This document shows, piece by piece, positions 36,921 through 45,430 of a stretch of DNA of 64,000 nucleotides. How positions within the stretch are numbered: the stretch's first letter is position 1; the number at the start of each line of letters is the position of its first letter. The position numbers and the translations under genes were made by a program. The stretch covers positions 6,877 through 70,876 of the forward strand of contig CAZTWQ010000001.1 of assembly GCA_964618315.1 (NCBI GenBank), read 5' to 3'. Source of the stretch: an uncultured Methanosarcinales archaeon (GTDB taxonomy: Archaea; Nanobdellota; Nanobdellia; Woesearchaeales; JACPBV01). The notes below the pieces were generated by a model that saw only the letters and a list, made by a program, of their open reading frames with translations, had not been told where the DNA came from and made no database searches.

Positions 36921-38126
36921 ATGATTCCGTTTACTAAGAAGTATGTCCCTAAGTCTTTAAAGGATATAAAGGGGCATGATAAATCTGCGAGAGAATTAAA
37001 GGAAATAATTACTAATTTTAAGAAGCAGAAGAAGAAAGCTACATGGGTATATGGACCATCAGGCAGTGGAAAGACTTCTATCGCTTATGCTATGGCTAAT
37101 GAGTTTAATTATGAGATTATAGAAGTAAATGCTTCTGATTCAAGGAACAAAGATGAGATAAACCAGAAAGTTGGGGGGGCTATTTTACAGCATTCTTTGT
37201 TTTCTAAAGGGAAGATAATACTTGTGGATGAGATAGATGGATTGTCTGGGATGAAGGATAGGGGTGGGATGCAGGCTTTGATCAAGCTGATCGAGAAAAG
37301 CCAATTTCCAATAATATTAACTGCAACAAACCCTTGGGATTATAAGTTTAATTCTTTAAGAAAGAAATGTAACTTGATAGAGTTAGAACCCATAGGCTAT
37401 CTGGATATAACCTCTGTTTTGAAGGATATATGCTCTAAAGAGAATATCAAATATGAGCTAGATGTACTTAAGTCATTAGCAAGGAGGGCTGGTGGAGATT
37501 GCAGAGCTGCTGTCAATGATCTGCAGACCTTAACTGAATTGACAAAAGAACTGACTAAAGAGAGCCTAGATGAGTTAGAGCAGAGAAGTCAAGAAGAATC
37601 TATGCCAAATGCTTTGCTTCGTGTGTTTAAGACTACAGATCCTAAAGTAGCAATAGGTGCTTTTGACAATATTAAGGAAGATCTAAGTCAGCAATTATTA
37701 TGGATAGATGAGAATCTACCTCATGAGTATAGCAAGCCAGAAGATCTGGCAAGAGCTTATGATAAGATAAGCAAGGCAGATGTTTTTAATCGACGTATCA
37801 GAAGGTGGCAGCATTGGAGATTCTTAGTCTATATCAATGCGTTAATCACTGCAGGGGTGGCTGTTTCTAAAGATGAAAAATACAAGAAATTTGTGAAGTA
37901 TAAGCCAACTGGAAGAATATTGAAGTTATGGTGGGCTAAACAGAAAAGCATGAAGAAAAAAGCTATTGCTGCTAAGATTGCAGAAAAGACACATAGTTCT
38001 ACAAAGGATATTATCAAAGATATTGAATATTTTAAGACTATATTTAAGAAGAACAAAGAGATGGGTAACAATATAGCTGAATATGCTGATCTTTCTAAAG
38101 AAGAAGTGATATGGCTAAAGAAATGA
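36921..38126 (+). CDS. rfcL: replication factor C large subunit (clamp loader)
   Basis: AAA+ Walker A GPSGSGKTS, a DEID Walker B, and an RFC-box-like N-terminus (KYVPKSLKDIKGHDK). Confidence 0.7.
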   Translation: MIPFTKKYVPKSLKDIKGHDKSARELKEIITNFKKQKKKATWVYGPSGSGKTSIAYAMANEFNYEIIEVNASDSRNKDEINQKVGGAILQHSLFSKGKIILVDEIDGLSGMKDRGGMQALIKLIEKSQFPIILTATNPWDYKFNSLRKKCNLIELEPIGYLDITSVLKDICSKENIKYELDVLKSLARRAGGDCRAAVNDLQTLTELTKELTKESLDELEQRSQEESMPNALLRVFKTTDPKVAIGAFDNIKEDLSQQLLWIDENLPHEYSKPEDLARAYDKISKADVFNRRIRRWQHWRFLVYINALITAGVAVSKDEKYKKFVKYKPTGRILKLWWAKQKSMKKKAIAAKIAEKTHSSTKDIIKDIEYFKTIFKKNKEMGNNIAEYADLSKEEVIWLKK

Positions 38127-38190
38127 TCTGTATCTAATCCATATCAGTAATTCAATTATCATCGTCAAATTCTTTTTTGTAGATGATAAA

Positions 38191-38332
38191 GGCTTAGTAG
38201 AAAAAGTCCTACTACGCTGACTGGAACACCACACTAAAGTGTGGCAACCCAGTAAGCTCCGTCCTGGCCATGCCATGAATACCTCTGGTATTAATGGCAT
38301 TCATGGCACAGACGGACTTTTTCTACTAAGCC
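38191..38332. mobile_element. MITE-like element E3 (142 bp) with the same TIR as E2, a different core, and a perfect 9-bp TSD GATGATAAA
   Basis: TSD copies at 38182..38190 and 38333..38341; 19-bp perfect TIR GGCTTAGTAGAAAAAGTCC / GGACTTTTTCTACTAAGCC; the core carries an extended internal hairpin (CCATGAAT...ATTCATGG). Confidence 0.55.
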
Positions 38333-38358
38333 GATGATAAACATAAATATTTATATAT

Positions 38359-39810
38359 GTGTATATTTTCCGTGAATATATGGTATTAACAATAGAAGAT
38401 ATGTCGGTCTTTTGCAAGAAGAAGGGTTTTGTTTATCCTAATAGTGAACTTTATGGTGGATATGCTGGATTTTTTGATTATGGGCCGTTAGGAGTAGAGC
38501 TAAAGAATAATATCAAATCTGCTTTTTGGAAGACTTTTGTACATAAGAGAGATGATGTTGTAGGTATAGATGGAACAATAATAACAAATCCTAAAGTATG
38601 GAAAGCATCAGGGCATGTAGATTCTTTTACTGATTATATCTATAAATGTGATAAATGTAAATTATTGATCAAAGGTGATAATGATAAAGGATTGAAATGC
38701 ACTAAGTGTGGTGCTGATCTAGAGAGTCAAGGTCAGTTCAATCTTATGTTCACTACCCAAGTTGGACCTATTAAAGGGGATGTTTCTTATTTAAGGCCAG
38801 AGACTGCCCAAGTTATCTTTACAAACTATAAATTAGTACAAGAAGGTGCTCGTAAAAAATTGCCTTTTGGTATTGCTCAAGTCGGCAAGGCTTTTAGAAA
38901 TGAGATATCTCCACGTGATTTCTTATTTCGATCTAGGGAGTTTGAGCAGTTTGAAATAGAATTTTTTGTGCATCCAGATAAAACAAATGATTGCCCTTAT
39001 GTTAAAGAAGTTGAGAATATTAAATTGCAAATCTTAACACAGAAGAACCAGGAGAATGATGAAGACCATATCGAGATGACTATCAAGGATATTGTAGATA
39101 AAAAAGTTGCTTCTCAATGGCATGCTTATTGGCTAGCTAAATATTATCAATTTTTTATCGATATAGGGATAAATCCAAGTAATTTAAGGCTTCGTGAACA
39201 TCTAAAAGATGAATTAGCGCATTATGCTTCTGCATGCTTTGATATTGAATATAAATTTCCATTTGGATGGAAAGAGATACATGGAAATGCAGATAGAGGG
39301 CAGTTTGATTTAAAGCAACATATGGAAGCGTCTAAAACTTCGTTGGAGTATTATGACGAAGAAAGTAAGGGGAAAGTTATTCCTTATGTCGCTTCAGAGC
39401 CCTCTCAGGGTATTGATAGGGCATTTTTAGCGTTTATGTTTGAAGCTTATAATGACGATAAAGACAGAGGGAATGTTGTTTTGAAGTTGGATTCCAGGTT
39501 AGCTCCTGTTAAAGTGGGTGTTTTTCCCTTGGTTAATAAGTTGAATGATAAGGCAAAAGAGATATTTGGTTTATTGAATGATGAGTTTAATTGCGCCTAT
39601 GATAAATCTGGTTCTGTTGGTCGTAGGTATGCTAGAGCTGATGAGATGGGAGTACCTTATTGTGTTACTATTGATTTTGATACATTGGAAAAAGGAGATT
39701 GTACTATAAGGGATAGGGATTCGACTAAGCAAATTAGGGTTAAAGTAGAGGATATAGTTAAGGTTTTGAGTGGTTTATTGAAGAATAAATTAAAATTTAA
39801 TGAAATATAG
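38359..39810 (+). CDS. glyS: glycyl-tRNA synthetase (archaeal/eukaryal alpha2 type)
   Basis: Class II motifs with the YGGYAGFFDYGPLG N-terminal signature; the start is probably an internal Met near 38380. Confidence 0.85.
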   Translation: MYIFREYMVLTIEDMSVFCKKKGFVYPNSELYGGYAGFFDYGPLGVELKNNIKSAFWKTFVHKRDDVVGIDGTIITNPKVWKASGHVDSFTDYIYKCDKCKLLIKGDNDKGLKCTKCGADLESQGQFNLMFTTQVGPIKGDVSYLRPETAQVIFTNYKLVQEGARKKLPFGIAQVGKAFRNEISPRDFLFRSREFEQFEIEFFVHPDKTNDCPYVKEVENIKLQILTQKNQENDEDHIEMTIKDIVDKKVASQWHAYWLAKYYQFFIDIGINPSNLRLREHLKDELAHYASACFDIEYKFPFGWKEIHGNADRGQFDLKQHMEASKTSLEYYDEESKGKVIPYVASEPSQGIDRAFLAFMFEAYNDDKDRGNVVLKLDSRLAPVKVGVFPLVNKLNDKAKEIFGLLNDEFNCAYDKSGSVGRRYARADEMGVPYCVTIDFDTLEKGDCTIRDRDSTKQIRVKVEDIVKVLSGLLKNKLKFNEI

Positions 39811-39831
39811 AATAAATGGAGGATATTTAAA

Positions 39832-40248
39832 ATGGCAATAAAAGATTTACAGGCAAGACAAGGACAGGTTGATTTGATAGTAGAGATTGTTGAGAAAGGG
39901 GATATCAGAGAGTTTGAGAAATTTGGCAAGGCTGGAAGGGTATGCAATGTTAAGATAAAAGATGCTACTGGTGAAATGAGTCTGACATTATGGAATGAGC
40001 AGATTGAACAAGTTAAGGTTGGAGCTAAGGTTCACATCATCAATGGTTGGGTAAGTGAATGGCAAGGTGAAAAACAGCTTTCAACTGGTAAGTTTGGACA
40101 ATTAGAAGTTGTTGGAGATGGTGCAGAGACTACTGAGGGTGAGATTCCAAATAAGAAAGACGTTACAAGTGATGAAGGTGAGAAGAGCCTTACAGAAGAT
40201 GAGAAACTAGGGGAAGAAGTTATTAAGGATGAAGAAGAGATAATGTGA
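39832..40248 (+). CDS. single-stranded DNA-binding protein (OB-fold, RPA-like) with an acidic tail
   Basis: OB-fold region (RVCNVKIKDATGEMSLTLWNEQ...GWVSEWQGEKQLS) followed by an acidic C-terminus. Confidence 0.7.
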   Translation: MAIKDLQARQGQVDLIVEIVEKGDIREFEKFGKAGRVCNVKIKDATGEMSLTLWNEQIEQVKVGAKVHIINGWVSEWQGEKQLSTGKFGQLEVVGDGAETTEGEIPNKKDVTSDEGEKSLTEDEKLGEEVIKDEEEIM

Positions 40249-40252
40249 TATG

Positions 40253-40744
40253 TTAGAACTTTTGTAGTGCTTGTTCATAAGCTTTTGATAAACTAAGTGG
40301 GTCGTTGTTTGCTGGCCAAGAAGGCATCCTGACTACTCTTTCGTCTGGAAAACCATATTTATTATCTTCTATTAATACATAATCTTTAGGGTTTCCTAGT
40401 TCACCTAGATTTTTTCTTACATTATCCCCAACAAATGAATATATTTTTCCTGTTCTAACTAATCTGCCCTGCTCAAGGTCTGCATATTCAAAATGATGCT
40501 CCATAGTTTCATGATTAATTATGCCAAGGATAATCCGATCAAAAAGAGTCAATACAGATCCAACATCCAGAAACTCCACTAAACCTGCAGTGCCTTGCTC
40601 CATCCCAGCCATAGTCCATAGAGTGGTTGAATCAAAATCATATCTTGCCCTAAGCAATACTTCCATGAATTCAGGATGAGCATTCCCTGGAGGTAGCTCG
40701 TCAATAAGAACACCTTCAAGATCAAAAACAATTCCCAGTGGCAT
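40253..40744 (-). CDS. HAD-superfamily phosphatase (NIF/FCP1-like)
   Basis: Motif I at the N-terminus (IVFDLEGVLID) and a late DNKYGFPDERVV motif; locally higher GC. Confidence 0.5.
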   Translation of the reverse strand: MPLGIVFDLEGVLIDELPPGNAHPEFMEVLLRARYDFDSTTLWTMAGMEQGTAGLVEFLDVGSVLTLFDRIILGIINHETMEHHFEYADLEQGRLVRTGKIYSFVGDNVRKNLGELGNPKDYVLIEDNKYGFPDERVVRMPSWPANNDPLSLSKAYEQALQKF

Positions 40745-40852
40745 TTCAATATAGAAATGGGATAATAAATAAAAAGGTATCTTAATTGAGTGTAGATATG
40801 AGGGTTAAAATAATAATGTTTATATAGGGTTATTTAATTCTATAGTCTTGAT

Positions 40853-40998
40853 GGGGCTGTAGCTCAGCCTGGGAGAGCACTAGACTGAAGTTCCTATGAT
40901 CTGCAGAGGCTTTTGCCGATGAAGAGCAGAGATCTAGGTGTCCTGGGAAGTCGCAATACCATGTGCGTCTTGGGAAAATTCAAATTCCGGCAGCCCCA
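40853..40998 (+). tRNA. tRNA-Phe (GAA) with a canonical 41-nt intron at position 37/38 and a predicted second intron of about 31 nt in the T-arm
   Basis: 5' half GGGGCTGTAGCTCAGCCTGGGAGAGCACTAGACTGAAG; exon 2 A-TCTAG-GTGTC-CTGGG; exon 3 TTCAAATTCCGG-CAGCCCC-A. The mature length would be 74 nt with a standard cloverleaf. Confidence 0.7.
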
Positions 40999-41765
40999 CT
41001 CTTTTTTAAACCTTTTATTATTTTAGGGGGTCTTCCTTTTTTACTTGTGATTGTTCCACTTTTTAGATATTCTTCATACTTATTAAGATGTCTTTGGTTT
41101 CTAAAACCAATTAATTTCATCCATAATTGAAGGTTTTGACGACCACTTAATCTTAATCTGCTTTCAATCCAAGTTTTTCCAAACCTTTTATCAAAATTTC
41201 TATCTTCTGGAATAAAGTCAACATTAAAACCTAATTTTTCTAGAAATTTTGAGAATAGTATGATTATTTTTTTATCCACTAAACTTAAAGATATTACTGG
41301 GTAATGTGGATATTTCTTTCTATTTCTATAGAGCATTAAAGAAAAATCTGTATCTGCTAATCCCTTAAGGGTGTGTAGAAGATAATCTTGGTTATTGAGT
41401 ATCCAATTTGGAATTTTAATATTCCTACTATGATGTTTATAGTATCCCATTCCCTTAATGAAATTGAATAATCCTAGTGAACTGAAGTTAATTTCTATTA
41501 AATTCTTATATTTCCTTTGGATAATTTTAACATTTATGTTAAAAAGGTTTTTGATTAAATTTTTTACATAGTGAAAATAATCATAATCTAATCTAGAATC
41601 TCCTGATACAGATATGATATTATATCTAGTATTAAAGCTAACATGCCCATCTCCTGCCAGTATACCAATAAACTCTGCTAATTTTTTAGATGGTCCCTTA
41701 GGTAAAACTAAGCCTCGTTTTCTATCTACATGACTAAATTCTATTTTTGATATATCAAATTCCAT
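40980..41765 (-). CDS. LAGLIDADG-type homing-endonuclease-like protein (paralog 3)
   Basis: Motifs IGILAGDGHVS and LKGLADTDFS; the 3' end overlaps the 3' end of tRNA-Phe on the opposite strand by about 19 nt. Confidence 0.55.
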   Translation of the reverse strand: MEFDISKIEFSHVDRKRGLVLPKGPSKKLAEFIGILAGDGHVSFNTRYNIISVSGDSRLDYDYFHYVKNLIKNLFNINVKIIQRKYKNLIEINFSSLGLFNFIKGMGYYKHHSRNIKIPNWILNNQDYLLHTLKGLADTDFSLMLYRNRKKYPHYPVISLSLVDKKIIILFSKFLEKLGFNVDFIPEDRNFDKRFGKTWIESRLRLSGRQNLQLWMKLIGFRNQRHLNKYEEYLKSGTITSKKGRPPKIIKGLKKSGAAGI

Positions 41766-41929
41766 CTTAAATCACCTCCATTAAGATTTCTTTTCATTTA
41801 TTGAAAGAAATTCTTGGAGATTTGAAAAAAGAGGTCAAAGAGCGAAACTCTGTAATTGATTTTCTAGAAAGTGGAAAATCATTATTTAACAGTTTTGCGT
41901 GAACTCTTTTTTATTAAGAATGTAAAAAT

Positions 41930-42055
41930 ACTAGTTTATATATCTGGCGGAGGTGGTTGGCAAGTGGCAAGTGGGGGTGCTAAAACAGCTAATTCATTAG
42001 AATTTAAATGATAGAAGGCTTCTCGTCACTTGCCAAAATGTTGGCAAGTGAGATT
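41930..42055 (+). other. conserved upstream module B (paralog of module A): TATA-like box plus a GGCAAGTG motif array
   Basis: TTTATATAT at 41936; TTGGCAAGTGGCAAGTGGG at 41957..41975; CACTTGCCAAAATGTTGGCAAGTG at 42027..42050. The whole 41766..42070 stretch is homologous to 14138..14440. Confidence 0.4.
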
Positions 42056-42160
42056 AATGAATTATTATCCCAAAATAACAGCAAGATTTATAGACCTTAA
42101 CGCATTTCCATTATAAATAAACGGCAAGGAATTAAAATAAAAATTTAATATAAGGCTAAC

Positions 42161-42421
42161 ATGACAATTCTATCATCATTAGCAACGGTCTTTGGAGTAG
42201 TTAATGGATTTGCTAATTTTCCCCAGATCTATAAGATTTTTAAGAAAAAAAGTGCAAAAGATATAGCTGCAATTACTTATATGATATTAACTGTTGGTAC
42301 TGTTGTTTGGCTTCTCTATGGGTTTGAGATAAGAAGTATCCCTGTAATTGTAATGAATGGTCTAGCACTTATTGAATTTATATTGATTCTAATTGGATGT
42401 TATATGTATGGTAAGGGTTAA
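42161..42421 (+). CDS. SemiSWEET/PQ-loop family small transporter
   Basis: 86 aa with 3 TM segments and the PQ-loop motif FANFPQIYKIFKKKSAKDI. Confidence 0.6.
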   Translation: MTILSSLATVFGVVNGFANFPQIYKIFKKKSAKDIAAITYMILTVGTVVWLLYGFEIRSIPVIVMNGLALIEFILILIGCYMYGKG

Positions 42422-42482
42422 GGGAGTTTAAATTTGTATTGTAATTACAGTTTTGCTGCCCTTCATTATTTTGAATCTTAAT

Positions 42483-43076
42483 TTAATCTAAAATTAGTTG
42501 AACCTGTTCTGCAGATTGTTGTTTAGAATTCAAATACTGGCGGCATTTAGCTAAAACATAATCTGAAGAAAAATAATGTGATTTCTGAAAAGAATCTCTA
42601 AAAGCTCTGGCTTCGTCAGGTTGAATTACATGATCCTGATCTAAGTCCATCCTACCTGCTAACAGACTATCCATACATTCTTGAGTGGTTTGCTGTCCCT
42701 CTCTGATTTTGATAACATATCTATCCCCTATCTGATATAATTCATTATCTTCAACTTTGCCAAGAGGTTTTGGCATTTTTTCTGAACTGACCATAATTCC
42801 AAAAAGAACTGATCTTAGATCACCCCTAGTATATTGTGTTTCTAATAAGCCAAATGATTTTATAATCTTGCCCCTTAAATCAGCATATATTTTGGCAAAA
42901 TGCACATATGGATCTTCTCCTTGATTAATGTAAGGTACGAGCCTAGGATTTAGAGAGCTAGAGCTCATAACAACATCTAAGGGTTGAGTTTGTGGAGTCT
43001 GCTGACTTTCTGCGATTGCAGGACTTGCAGCTGCCATACTTGCCATCAAGGCCCTTGTTGCTAAGTAATTCGTCAT
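42483..43076 (-). CDS. hypothetical secreted protein with atypical composition
   Basis: N-terminal signal-peptide-like MASMAAASPAIA, a Gln/Thr-rich region and no recognisable motif; higher GC. Confidence 0.4.
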   Translation of the reverse strand: MTNYLATRALMASMAAASPAIAESQQTPQTQPLDVVMSSSSLNPRLVPYINQGEDPYVHFAKIYADLRGKIIKSFGLLETQYTRGDLRSVLFGIMVSSEKMPKPLGKVEDNELYQIGDRYVIKIREGQQTTQECMDSLLAGRMDLDQDHVIQPDEARAFRDSFQKSHYFSSDYVLAKCRQYLNSKQQSAEQVQLILD

Positions 43077-43242
43077 TTTTTAGTTTATTAGTTGATATAG
43101 ATATAAGGCAAACATCACCTATTTATAAATCTTACTATTTATTACTACCTATAAGTGACAATTTATTAATTTAGAAAACATAATTATAGTAAACGAAATA
43201 TCATAATATCAATAATCTTTTTGATCACTACATTCTTAAGAA

Positions 43243-45423
43243 CTAACCTAATAAACTTACAGTCATAATCCTATTTGCAATCAAGTTGAATATTAACATT
43301 ATCGTTGCAGAAACAATTGTGTAAAGTATTGTTGCCCTGACCATGTTCTGGCCTAATAGGTATCTTTCATTCAGTTTATCAGATCCATTTTCAATCCCAT
43401 TTGCAAGGATAGTTAAGATGTATGTTATTTGCACAACATATAATCCCACGATTACCTGGAAATAGAAAGTAGGAACTCCTTGCCCGAAGAAACCAGTCGC
43501 TAAGGCTCCACCAGCCCCTGATTCTGCTCCGCCTAATTGAGTCATTTGCATGGATAATTTACCTAAGATAGTAGTTACCATCGAAGTTATACCTATAACA
43601 ATTCCTGCAATGACTGGTGTTAAGAATTTTATCTGAGAATTCATAGAAGCTATCACTTCAGCCATTAAATCTTTTAGGCGTTCATTTACTTTATGGATCT
43701 CTTTTAAGTATCGAGATATATTTATGAGGGCCATTGCCGCCACCCTAGGTCCTTTTTTTACCGATTCAATGAGAACTTTCATTGAGCTTTTTATTAATTG
43801 TGATGGAAAATAGATTAATGCCCCATGCCTTGGGTTAAATATTGCTTCTGCTACACCCATGCCAAGTTTCCTAACATTAGAGGATACTGACTGGAAAAAT
43901 GCACCTGAGATTGTTCCCTGCATACTTACTGCAACCTTACCAAATGCTGTTTCTGCAGGCAAACCGTCGCCTAACCTATTGCCTAATTGGAAGAGTCCAG
44001 AAGCAAATTCCTGCTCTAATGCTTCTGTTTTACGTCTTATCCCTATGACATTCTTGCTTTTCAGCTTATAATAATAACCTATAGAAAAACCGAATGCAAT
44101 TACAAAAAATAAACTTAACATAGAAGCACCTAAACCGAATGGACCAGTTACTTTGCCGCTTTCAGAGGTCCTATAGTCCAATAGACAAAATGCCCTTAAG
44201 CATGTTGAGGTTTCATCAATATCTCCAAAGCCAAGATTTGCTTCGTCAGAAATAAACCAACGTAAATATATAGGGCTTATGCCCACCATAAAAAGCATCA
44301 ATCCAATTATTACACATACTATGAGGGGGCTTATTTTAATCTCTTTTTTTCCAAATTTCATCAGTATTCCAGCATATTTCTTATATTCTGGAAGTTCACT
44401 TATATCTGTATCACCATATCCAGTTGGTCTTTTGGCTAAGATTGTTTTGCCCAAGTAAAAAACCAAAATAGGCAACCCCACATTATAGATCAATGAGATA
44501 TAATACCATTTTACGTCTGATAAAAAGCTGACTACTAAAGGGAGGATTACTAATCCGAGGATAGGGAGTATAATACCTAACATATGGAGCATGGTAATTG
44601 GTGATTTTAGGTTTTGAGCGTAATGCAACATCCTTTCATATGTTTCAGTCAATATAACATCTAATGATTTATCTAGGGTTGCAACTCTTTTCTCTTCATC
44701 CCCTTCATATAATGATGCTTCTATCAGATGGAATGCTTCGATAAACTCCAAGTTCCATTTTCTCCAGGTCTGAAGGTAGATTTCCAGAGATTCTTTTATT
44801 GTTGAACACTTTTCTGTCTCTACATCCCATAATACTTTTTTTAAATCTAAGCTTAATGGGGGGGCAACGTGATCTGATGCAAATCTTAAAGCTAATTCAA
44901 GGTTAGATGTGTGGCGCATATAAGTGACGACATAGAATACGCATAATACCATCTGATTAGATGATTTAAGACGCCATGTATTTGCAATGAACATGGGCAA
45001 TTTCCCTAATGGACCGATCAAAGAAACGCCCAATATAAGGAAGAATATGACGAAAAAGAATGATTTTAATAGAAGAATAGAAAAAAGAGATACCATAATT
45101 ATAAATAATATTGGCGCAATCATGGCAAAAGATGTTGCACCAACAGGAGTTACATTTAAATGGCATATGCCGATTGATTCCTGCAGTTCTTGCTCTTTTT
45201 TCTTATCTGGCGCTATCTTTACTATATTTTCAAAAGAATTGCAAAGTTTTTCATAAAGTGTCAGATGTCCTTGAATATATTCCTGCCTAAATTGATTGTA
45301 TTCTCGGGTAAGAACCCCTTTTTCAGGGCTTTGATCTGTGGTTTCGTCAACTGGGCCTAGTTCTGCCTCTATCTTTTTCTTATACTTATCTATTAAATCT
45401 CCCATCCCTCGTTCATCCGACAT
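43243..45423 (-). CDS. type IV pilus/archaellum assembly membrane platform protein (FlaJ/TadC/PilC-like)
   Basis: 726-aa polytopic membrane protein directly downstream of the FlaI-like ATPase, with a duplicated T2SS-F-like architecture. Confidence 0.65.
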   Translation of the reverse strand: MSDERGMGDLIDKYKKKIEAELGPVDETTDQSPEKGVLTREYNQFRQEYIQGHLTLYEKLCNSFENIVKIAPDKKKEQELQESIGICHLNVTPVGATSFAMIAPILFIIMVSLFSILLLKSFFFVIFFLILGVSLIGPLGKLPMFIANTWRLKSSNQMVLCVFYVVTYMRHTSNLELALRFASDHVAPPLSLDLKKVLWDVETEKCSTIKESLEIYLQTWRKWNLEFIEAFHLIEASLYEGDEEKRVATLDKSLDVILTETYERMLHYAQNLKSPITMLHMLGIILPILGLVILPLVVSFLSDVKWYYISLIYNVGLPILVFYLGKTILAKRPTGYGDTDISELPEYKKYAGILMKFGKKEIKISPLIVCVIIGLMLFMVGISPIYLRWFISDEANLGFGDIDETSTCLRAFCLLDYRTSESGKVTGPFGLGASMLSLFFVIAFGFSIGYYYKLKSKNVIGIRRKTEALEQEFASGLFQLGNRLGDGLPAETAFGKVAVSMQGTISGAFFQSVSSNVRKLGMGVAEAIFNPRHGALIYFPSQLIKSSMKVLIESVKKGPRVAAMALINISRYLKEIHKVNERLKDLMAEVIASMNSQIKFLTPVIAGIVIGITSMVTTILGKLSMQMTQLGGAESGAGGALATGFFGQGVPTFYFQVIVGLYVVQITYILTILANGIENGSDKLNERYLLGQNMVRATILYTIVSATIMLIFNLIANRIMTVSLLG

Positions 45424-45430
45424 TTTAGAA

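Noticed and set aside
40938-40998. Single-intron model for tRNA-Phe.
   Set aside because: Without removing about 31 nt at 40948..40978 the 3' region cannot form a 5-bp T-stem with a 7-nt TTCAAAT loop next to the acceptor stem. The two-intron model gives a standard 74-nt tRNA.
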